A DNA stretch of 32,864 bases from Myxococcales bacterium (GTDB taxonomy: Bacteria > Myxococcota_A > Polyangia > Fen-1088), in the NCBI GenBank assembly GCA_043759805.1, contig JAYUPZ010000498.1:1-32864 (forward strand). Direction: 5' to 3'. The number at the start of each line of letters is the position of its first letter. Within the stretch, counting starts at the first letter, position 1. Below are positions 26,301 through 32,864 of the stretch, one piece after another. A program made the translations under genes and the position numbers. The notes beneath the pieces were generated by a model. It made no database searches. It saw nothing but the letters and a program-made list of their open reading frames with translations, and had not been told where the DNA came from.

Positions 26301-29300
26301 GCTTGCGGCGAGCGGCAAGACCACGCCGGCCACCGCCGCTGAAAAGTCAGTCGAAATCGTCGTACAGTTGCTGCTGGCTTCGGGCGACAGGGCCGATGGC
26401 GCACGCGCCGTTTCCATTCTCCAAAGTGCGTCGACGCTTTTGCTGCCCCTTGAATCCGTGCGAGCAATGCGACGTCGCGCAGCCAAACTCGCGCTCGACA
26501 CGGTTGCCGATCGGGCACGCGCACGCGATTTGTATCGGCTCGTCGCCGACGACGAACCAGGCGACCGTGCCGTCATCGGCATTCTCGCCCGTCTCTACGA
26601 AGAGGCTGATTTGCTTTCCGAAGTGCTGTCGCTGCGCAAACGCGAACTTGGCCTTGATTTGCCGTTGACCGAACGGTTGCACCTTCGCCTTGAGATGGCT
26701 CGCATCGCGGGCTTGATTGAGGGCCGCAGCCCACGGGTAACCACGCTGCTCGCCAACCTCACGGACCTGCCGGGCGATCGCGCGACCATCGAAGCGCTCT
26801 CGATTATCCTCAAAGGTCGTGGCGCAGATCGAGATCTCGTGGACGTCTTGACTGAGCAATCCAATTTGCTCGAGCACTCCTCGCAAACCGAACGCGCGGC
26901 CGAGCTCTGGTCAGATGTGGCACGTTTATGCGAGCTTTCGCTCTCCGACACAGGGCGTGCCCTTGCGGCTTACGAGCATGTCGTGAATCTGCAGCCCAAC
27001 GACGATGCGCTGGACGCACTCGCCCGTATCTCCAAGGATCGTGGCGATGCGCTCGCTGCCGCGGGATGGCTTGAGCAACGTCTCCAAACTGCCTCTGGTT
27101 CTGACCGCGTTTCGATTTCGTTGCGACTTGGCCAGGCCTATCTCGAGTGTGGGCAACGCCATCGAGCGATCTCCTGCCTTGAACGCGCTCTGGCTGAAGA
27201 TGCGATGGCAAACGAGATCCGCGCGATGCTGGTTGAAACCTATCGCAAGGCCGATGCGTGGGAGCCGCTCGCCCGGACGCTGGCGGGTGGTTGCCAACCG
27301 GGCGCGCCAGCCGAGGCGGTGACCGCGTTCGCGCGCGAAGCCGCCACGATCTATCAGGATCGCCTTGGCACACCCGAGCTCGCCGTCCCCGTGCTCGAAA
27401 CTGCAGTCGATCTCGTGCCGAAAGATCGCTGGCTGCGAACGCACCTTGCCGAAGGCTTGCGGGTAGCGGGCCGCCTCGGTGAGGCACGCGCACAGCTGGA
27501 AAGCTTGCTTGAGGAAATGGGTCGACGTCGTTCCAAGGAGCGCGCGGCGATTCACCATCAACTGGCACTCGTAGCACGTGCTGAAAAGGATCACACCAAC
27601 GCCCTTGAACACCTCGATCAGGCAGCGGCCATCGACATGTCGAGCATGGCAATCTTGCTCACCCTCGGTGAGACCGCAGAAGAAGCCGCGGAACTTGAAC
27701 GTGCCGAGCGCGCTTACCAAGCATTGCTGGTGCTGGCCCGACGCGTGGAACCCACAGATGCCGAGAGCTGCGTCAGCGAAACCTTGTTGCGCCTTGAAAA
27801 AGTGGCACGAGCGGCAAACAACACGGATTCTGCAACCGAATTCTACGATTCGGCCACGGCGACGGCGATGCAAAATGCAGACGAAGCGCGGCGCATGCAA
27901 AGTGCGCTGCACCAGCGCGGCGACAGCGAGCTTGCGTTGCAATTGCTCGAAAAACGCAGGACGGCTGCTTCCGCTGGCATCGATCAGGCACGAATATTGT
28001 GTGAACGCGCCGAGTTGCTTGAAAAGATGGGTCGATTGACTGACGCCCTGGCTTCCGTGGCACAGGCGATTGAAAAAGCACCCGAACTTGTTGCGGCGCA
28101 CGAAGCAGGTCGACGCATTGCCCACGCGTTGCAAAAGCCGGCCGAATATCTCGCAATCGTGGAAGCAGCGCTTGATCAAATGCGCCGCCGCGATGACGGG
28201 ACGCGGGTATGCGATCTCCTGTTGCGTGCAGGCAACTCGGCCGAATCTGATCTTGCCGATCCGAAGCGCGCCGCCGGGTTCTACGCCCGTGCAGAACAAA
28301 CGGGTACCCGGGCACTCGATGTCATGGTTGCCATCGGGCGCATCAGCGGCCAGTTAAACGACACACAAGAACTTGCGCGGGTGCTCAAACAACTTGCACG
28401 CATGTCCGAGAAAGCGGAAACGCCGGACGAGCAAGTCGAAATCGCATTCCGCCAGGCCGAGTTGCAACTGTCGGGTGACGAGACCCGCACCCAAGGTCTG
28501 GAGACACTCGCCGCGGCCCTCGAAAAAAAGGGCGACTTCGCACGTGCCTTGCAGATCGTTCGCGCCGCCAAGGTTCCGGAGGCCGATCTCCCGCGCGTGA
28601 TGCCACTTTACGAACGCGTCGCACGCTCCTCGGGGGACGATCGCATGTTGCTCGACTTCCTCGAACGGCGCGCGGCAGCCCCCGATGCCACACAAGAAGC
28701 CGTCAGCGAGGGCGTCGAAGTTGCCCTGGCAACCGGAGAATCCGCACGGGCAGAAAAGTTGCTTGAACGGGCGGTGGAGTTGTCTCGCGAGAAGGGCAGC
28801 TTGCGCGACGCTGCATGGGCGTTGTTGGATCTGGCCCAACGTTGCAAAGCCGCGGGAGATCTCAAGGGTGCCTTCCGATGGCTCGAAGAAGCGGGAACCG
28901 CTTCGGATAGCCCTCGCATCTCGGCATTGCTGCGCGAGCTCGCGCGACAGGCTGCACGTGAGCCCAGTGGCGCCGAACTCGCCGCAAAAGCGCTTGAACG
29001 TTTGCGCGAGCGCAACCCGGGCGAACGAGAACTTTGGCAGCCTTTGATGGAGCTTTATTCCGCCATGGGAGACGGCGCCCGCCTCGGAGCACTCGTCGAC
29101 GAAACTGTCCAAAAGCTGGTGGCCAGAAACGATCGCATTTTCGTCCGCATGACCTGGGCTCACTTCTTGCTGAAACAAAACGATCAGCAAGACGATGGCG
29201 TTGGTGTGCTACGAGACATCTTGCTCGAGGAACCCGGTCATGCCGAGGCACTCTCGTTGTTGGCCGAGCTTCACGAGGCAAGGGGCGAGATTTCGGAAGC

Positions 29301-31194
29301 GCTGGCGCTCCTTTCCGATTCTCTGCGCGAAGCCGAGAGCAAAGGCGACGAAGCGCGCCGCGCTGCCTGCATCCGCCGACTGGGCGATCTGTTGGGCAAG
29401 GCCGATCCCGATCAGGCCAAACAAGTTTATCGGCAAACGCTTGCGAGCTCGGTGTCGGACGCCTCTTTGCGTCGTGATCTACAGGAACGGCTGTTTGCAC
29501 TGCTGGGCCCGGGTGAGGACGAAGGCGAAGAGAAAGCAACCCTCGGTGAACGCATGCTCGCCGACGAAACCGGCGGCCCCGCTGAATCACGAGCGCTGAC
29601 ACTGGCCGACGTTCGGCACGAGATGGGCGACGAGGAGGGTGAATTGCGCGTCGTCAAGATGGGGCTTGAACGTGCGCCCAAAAGCCGGTTGCTCTTCGAT
29701 AGACTGGCCACATTTTTCAGTGAACGCCAGCAATGGAACGACTGGGTTGGTTTGATGGGCGGCGAGGTCGAGCGGCTATCCGTATCACATCTGTCGGCCG
29801 CTGCTGATTTGTGGGAGCGGATTGCGAACATTCGTCGCGAGAAACTCAAAGATCCATCGGGCGCAGTGGACGCGCTTCGAAAAGCCTTGGCCATCGATCC
29901 GGCAAACCAAACGCGTCTGAACGAGCTCGTCACCTGTCTACAGGAGATGGGCGATTTGTCGGGAGCCATCGAGGTTGTTTCGGGCGCGGTGGGATCGAAC
30001 GCCGTGGACGATGAACAGCGTCTCAATTTGCTGCGCCTGCGCGCGGCACTCAATGCCAAGCGAGGTGAAACCTGGCTGGTCGTGGGTGATCTCGAAATGG
30101 CGATGCTCGGGGGTGGCATGGCCGTGGCGGAAGAACTGACCGACGCGTTGTTTGCTGCGGCACAAACCTCCGCGCGCTCGGACGATCTGGAGGGACAGCG
30201 GCGAGCGATGCTTCGCCTTGTGGAACTGTTCAGCCTGCGTGGTGATAGCGAACGCGCTCAGCGAATTCTCTTCGACTGGGTCGACGATCATCCCGAGGAC
30301 ACGAGCGCCTTGCGTGCCCTGCGTGAGCGTTTCGAGAAAGATGGTCAATGGGAAGATGTCGCCAGCGTTTGCCAGCGCATCGCCAACACCGAAACGGGGG
30401 AAGGCAAGATCGAAGCGCTACTGGGTCTGTCCCATGCTTTGCAACAGGTTGGTCGCGCGCAGGATGCCGTCGGGGCGCTTGAAGAATTGTTGGCCAACAA
30501 CCCGGGACACCCGGCGGTGGTGAACGTTCTTGGCGAGCTCTATCACCAGGCGGGCAACCCGTTGAAGATTGCCCATCTCAAGATCGATCAAGCCGGCCTC
30601 ATGCAAAATGAGGACGATCAGTTCCAGGCGCTGGTCGAGGGCGCTGACATGCTCTTGCAAGGCGGCGAACCTCAACAGGCGGTTGAGGCAATCAACCGCG
30701 CATTTGCACTTCGACCGGAAGACAGAACCGTTCAGCGCTTGTTGTCCGATGCGTTGCTCGCCAACGGTCAATTCGATCAAGCGGCTGTCGTGCTCGAACA
30801 ACTCATCGGCGATGGACGCGGCATCGAACCGGAAGAACTTTGCGCCCTATACCACCGACTGTCACGTGCTTCCGGTGGCATGGGCGATGGGCAAGAGCAA
30901 CTTAACGCCCTCAAGAAGGCGATGGAGACTGATCGCAAAAACGGTTACGTTGCGGCCGAATTGGCCGATTTGGCCGAGGCTATGGGCGACGACGACCTGG
31001 CGCTCAAAGCCTTGCGGGCCATCACATTGAACGCGCCCGACGGTCCGATGACCAAGGCCGGCGCGTTTTATCGACAGGCTCGGATCGCGCACAAGGGCGG
31101 CGACCGCCAGCGAGCGCTCATCTTCGCCAAGCGTGCGTTGCAAGAAGATCCAAACCTGGCAGAAGCCACCCAACTCCTTGAATCCGTCCGATAG
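23356..31194 (+). CDS. Giant (2,612 aa) cytoplasmic TPR-like helical repeat protein
   Basis: One uninterrupted ORF of 7,839 nt from ATG 23356. No signal peptide or hydrophobic segment. Ala/Leu/Glu/Arg-rich, with at least 20 degenerate TPR-like helix pairs along the full length. Confidence 0.85.
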   Translation: MASDNGGRKSKKSRVPSETPVSDPRLAEALRRVESNPGDTGHWDALEEISGELQLPESVAALFLTVLEGPRGSELGDDLGQRAVRFHEEWFGDDPAPLIELLHIVLKLDPSLDWAFERLTLLLSVGQRWPELLELYDETLARLKDGQQRRKILQEAAGVAKDFVGEMDRAIGYLDELFRSRPADPHVASSLERLLEKEEKWADLARVWQTRLEYLSGNDAHELRGRLATLRLDRLADPTGSLSDARTLLGEKGDDGPACQALERILAMSTAPANVRRDALELVRAQHEKQGRKDRIVAILQTAHAFASDEEKVDLLRESAERLQGQGEGSAAMEKLVELLAINPNDTEMRTRLRHLAELSGAHDMYVKGLAVAAEKTPSAKLRGALLIEAGRVLEDVLANHAEAIVFFSRAADDVEADTTRQLTALRRLISLLDRDDQAAARLNALERVASLATENAERRTALGQAGRLAGRLGEIDRAVVAWQARLALDATDREALTALVDLLAEAGRHEPLCTVLRQRAGNAISAQDKRADLARVARLQASALSNFSAAIETWLEVQHGFGEDAESTQALRDLFGGESRWQELSDLLARTGKRDRTQLAELYCRLGELYRKHLDRPIDAVRSYGHALETDPAQAQARAGLVALLDLADCQPAAIAALVRSYTVTREINPLVALVERRLLLCVDDAARARLLVETAEMVERDGGDRNGALKYLAMALVFSPENARTEAELLRLAPLTDGWNTAVEAIRSAIAKLPANVPRVIHLRLQEATILEEHCNDRQAALSAFEIACQLAPDRVVARSGRIRVATALGNWAIAAEAMLAAPVSAEVVVGEHLPIIEKAAMALGPEAWKSAGAAIETEIDRRKTLPRALCRDLEGTLAAWYETYLGDAGKSDASKALARAVKFDRHHAATLTRLCDLQRVKPDRALFDTLNRLAELQPTNVDLSLEALDIAHQSLGDRALTLKTGLALIEHAAHMLRAELAASGKTTPATAAEKSVEIVVQLLLASGDRADGARAVSILQSASTLLLPLESVRAMRRRAAKLALDTVADRARARDLYRLVADDEPGDRAVIGILARLYEEADLLSEVLSLRKRELGLDLPLTERLHLRLEMARIAGLIEGRSPRVTTLLANLTDLPGDRATIEALSIILKGRGADRDLVDVLTEQSNLLEHSSQTERAAELWSDVARLCELSLSDTGRALAAYEHVVNLQPNDDALDALARISKDRGDALAAAGWLEQRLQTASGSDRVSISLRLGQAYLECGQRHRAISCLERALAEDAMANEIRAMLVETYRKADAWEPLARTLAGGCQPGAPAEAVTAFAREAATIYQDRLGTPELAVPVLETAVDLVPKDRWLRTHLAEGLRVAGRLGEARAQLESLLEEMGRRRSKERAAIHHQLALVARAEKDHTNALEHLDQAAAIDMSSMAILLTLGETAEEAAELERAERAYQALLVLARRVEPTDAESCVSETLLRLEKVARAANNTDSATEFYDSATATAMQNADEARRMQSALHQRGDSELALQLLEKRRTAASAGIDQARILCERAELLEKMGRLTDALASVAQAIEKAPELVAAHEAGRRIAHALQKPAEYLAIVEAALDQMRRRDDGTRVCDLLLRAGNSAESDLADPKRAAGFYARAEQTGTRALDVMVAIGRISGQLNDTQELARVLKQLARMSEKAETPDEQVEIAFRQAELQLSGDETRTQGLETLAAALEKKGDFARALQIVRAAKVPEADLPRVMPLYERVARSSGDDRMLLDFLERRAAAPDATQEAVSEGVEVALATGESARAEKLLERAVELSREKGSLRDAAWALLDLAQRCKAAGDLKGAFRWLEEAGTASDSPRISALLRELARQAAREPSGAELAAKALERLRERNPGERELWQPLMELYSAMGDGARLGALVDETVQKLVARNDRIFVRMTWAHFLLKQNDQQDDGVGVLRDILLEEPGHAEALSLLAELHEARGEISEALALLSDSLREAESKGDEARRAACIRRLGDLLGKADPDQAKQVYRQTLASSVSDASLRRDLQERLFALLGPGEDEGEEKATLGERMLADETGGPAESRALTLADVRHEMGDEEGELRVVKMGLERAPKSRLLFDRLATFFSERQQWNDWVGLMGGEVERLSVSHLSAAADLWERIANIRREKLKDPSGAVDALRKALAIDPANQTRLNELVTCLQEMGDLSGAIEVVSGAVGSNAVDDEQRLNLLRLRAALNAKRGETWLVVGDLEMAMLGGGMAVAEELTDALFAAAQTSARSDDLEGQRRAMLRLVELFSLRGDSERAQRILFDWVDDHPEDTSALRALRERFEKDGQWEDVASVCQRIANTETGEGKIEALLGLSHALQQVGRAQDAVGALEELLANNPGHPAVVNVLGELYHQAGNPLKIAHLKIDQAGLMQNEDDQFQALVEGADMLLQGGEPQQAVEAINRAFALRPEDRTVQRLLSDALLANGQFDQAAVVLEQLIGDGRGIEPEELCALYHRLSRASGGMGDGQEQLNALKKAMETDRKNGYVAAELADLAEAMGDDDLALKALRAITLNAPDGPMTKAGAFYRQARIAHKGGDRQRALIFAKRALQEDPNLAEATQLLESVR

Positions 31195-31200
31195 CGCCCG

Positions 31201-32100
31201 TCATTTGCAGTACGATACGTCGTATTGACTGGTCTTGCCCGAACAAGCCTGTCCGCCGACAAGACAAAACGGGCTGGTATTGTTCGGTCCGCAGACCTGT
31301 TGACAACGCGACACGCCGTTAATCGTAACACAAATGGTACCCGCCATACACTGAGTGTCCGAGCTACAGGCCTCTCCTATTTTGAACTGACCCGCACCCG
31401 TACAACCCGTGTAACGTTCCTTGGTTTCGGGATTCCGCGCAAGGCCACACTTCTTTCCGACACCGCAGGTGGATACGTCGTAGATATTGCAGGGCGCAGC
31501 GAGTGGGGCACACATGTTGAGACAGGGTTGGCCGGTGATCTCGATACTGCAGGCCGCTGTCGCTCCGCAAGAACCTTTGCTTCCCGCCGCACACAACTTC
31601 GTACACGTTGCACCGCTGCCGAGGTTGATGCAAACGAGGCCATGGGCGCATTGCTCCGAGAACTGACAGTTCTGACCCCCGACGAGCGGTACACCTGCGA
31701 TGCTTTCACACGCAATCGTCGATTGAATCACGCGGCACGCCTTGTCCGGTCCACAGGTGTTGGTTCCGATAGGATCGCAGGAGACGCCGGACAGACATTG
31801 CGCCGCATCGACGGAACTCGAACCTCCATCGTCCGTCGTCACGGCAGTATCGCCTGTCGATGAATCACGGACGGCAGCATCCCCAACGGCATTAAGGCCA
31901 TCGCGATTGCCGATGCTCGAATCGAAGGACGCGGACCCATCAAGACCGCCGGTTCCCGCGGCGCCACCGTTCGAGGCGGCATCACGGATAAATCCATAGG
32001 AGGGATTGGCCCCCTCGTCGCTTTCACAGGCCCCAAAGACACTCGCCGCCACGGTCAGAAGCGCCAGGATTCTTGAATATCGATCAAAGGTGAACTGCAT
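31201..32100 (-). CDS. Secreted lipoprotein-like Cys-rich protein with two tandem 12-Cys modules
   Basis: MQFTFDRYSRILALLTVAASVFGAC signal peptide ending in Cys. A Gly/Ser/Asp-rich linker follows, then 26 further Cys arranged in two modules with matching spacing. Confidence 0.75.
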   Translation of the reverse strand: MQFTFDRYSRILALLTVAASVFGACESDEGANPSYGFIRDAASNGGAAGTGGLDGSASFDSSIGNRDGLNAVGDAAVRDSSTGDTAVTTDDGGSSSVDAAQCLSGVSCDPIGTNTCGPDKACRVIQSTIACESIAGVPLVGGQNCQFSEQCAHGLVCINLGSGATCTKLCAAGSKGSCGATAACSIEITGQPCLNMCAPLAAPCNIYDVSTCGVGKKCGLARNPETKERYTGCTGAGQFKIGEACSSDTQCMAGTICVTINGVSRCQQVCGPNNTSPFCLVGGQACSGKTSQYDVSYCK

Positions 32101-32144
32101 AGGGCCGGCAATTTACCCTATTTTTTGACCAACCACGCATCCTG

Positions 32145-32864
32145 TCACGCCCGCACTTGCCAGGTGATCTCGTCAATCATCCGATGATGCTCTGCGGGAT
32201 CGGCCCAGCGAAGGCGGCCTTCCTCGGGCAGCGAGGCAATCGGATCGAAGTAATAGTACAAATGCCCGGGATGAACCGCCGGACTGCTGTAGACCGATAT
32301 CCCGGTGGTTCGATCGTAGGCCTCGAATGAATGGGCGTCGCGTTTACCGCCGCCGCCCGGCGCGTCCACCACGAAGGTAGGGGTGTTGAAACCCGCCGTC
32401 GACCCGCGCAGCCTTTTTTCAACATCAAGTGCCACGTGCAGCGGCGTACGCAACTCCTCGACACCCTTGACCATGTCGTGCTGATAAACGTAGTACGGAT
32501 GAACATTCACATAAGCCAGTCGCCGACATAGAAGCTGCATCGTCATGGCGTCATCGTTGACGCCACACTGGAGCACGCACTGGTTTCGCACAAAGACACC
32601 GCGTTGAAACAACACATCGAGTGCCTGTTGCGTGATCGTCGTGATTTCGTTTGGATGGTTGAAGTGGGTGTGAACGGCCACGTCTTTGCCCTCCTTGCGG
32701 GCGGCATCAACGACGCCCGTCAACGCATCCACCCATGGCGAATCGGTGAGGAGTTTCTGTGGCACCACCGCTGGCCCCTTGGTGGCAAAGCGCATGCGCC
32801 GCACATGGGGAATTGCCACCAGTGCATCACCAATCGCTTTGATTTGATCCGCGCGCAGTTGATA
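32145..32864 (-). CDS. KamA-family radical SAM aminomutase (lysine 2,3-aminomutase-like), N-terminus outside window
   Basis: The frame is open to the window edge. VAVHTHFNHPNEIT, VNVHPYYVYQHDMVKGVEELRTPL and GFNTPTFVVDAPGGGGKR match the KamA family C-terminal half. The CxxxCxxC cluster would lie beyond the window. Confidence 0.8.
   Translation of the reverse strand, partial: YQLRADQIKAIGDALVAIPHVRRMRFATKGPAVVPQKLLTDSPWVDALTGVVDAARKEGKDVAVHTHFNHPNEITTITQQALDVLFQRGVFVRNQCVLQCGVNDDAMTMQLLCRRLAYVNVHPYYVYQHDMVKGVEELRTPLHVALDVEKRLRGSTAGFNTPTFVVDAPGGGGKRDAHSFEAYDRTTGISVYSSPAVHPGHLYYYFDPIASLPEEGRLRWADPAEHHRMIDEITWQVRA

Noticed and set aside
26926-28299. 457-aa minus-strand ORF, plus many other 100-280-aa ORFs in alternative frames inside the giant gene (e.g. 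26810-27652, 28354-29190, 24991-25683, 29427-30119)
   Set aside because: They are antisense or off-frame shadows of a GC-rich, Ala/Leu/Glu/Arg-rich coding frame. Their translations are Arg/Cys/Gly/Phe-rich with no motifs. The sense ORF is continuous and protein-like.
1-32864. Whole-window scan for CRISPR repeats, IS/transposase or integrase genes, phage genes, toxin-antitoxin pairs, reverse transcriptases, and nuclease/helicase/ATPase defence hallmarks
   Set aside because: None recognised in any translated frame. The non-housekeeping genes are envelope or signalling proteins, not mobile or defence functions. Long nucleotide-level repeats cannot be excluded by eye; a self-dot-plot would settle that.

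Overview
GC-rich bacterial chromosomal segment with 24 supportable protein-coding genes, two of them cut by the window edges. By eye I found no rRNA, tRNA, CRISPR array, transposase/integrase or defence-system hallmark. The backbone is housekeeping: sthA, a gatC-gatA-gatB operon with overlapping stop/start codons, glnE, greB, smpB and a KamA-family radical-SAM aminomutase. Between these sit lineage-specific envelope and signalling genes. Their domain repertoire (PEGA, PATAN/DUF4388, Cys-rich 'DCDG..DE' repeats, parallel beta-helix, PKD+LamG, PilZ, PP2C, many signal peptides ending in Cys) suggests a Myxococcota-like organism; this is inference only. The most unusual objects are: (1) one uninterrupted 7.8-kb ORF for a 2,612-aa all-helical TPR-like protein with no visible catalytic motif (23356-31194); (2) a secreted protein built from two tandem 12-Cys modules with conserved Cys spacing (31201-32100); (3) a small Lys-rich, acidic-tailed protein with strikingly optimised codon usage (13121-13453), downstream of a lipoprotein-PilZ pair; (4) a minimal class III nucleotidyl cyclase co-oriented with a topologically odd Gly-rich envelope protein (6162-8063); (5) a lipid-kinase-like gene translationally coupled to a PP2C phosphatase (15259-17048). 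I cannot demonstrate a clear-cut novel multi-gene system from sequence alone. These are ranked candidates, and much of the window is ordinary core genome.
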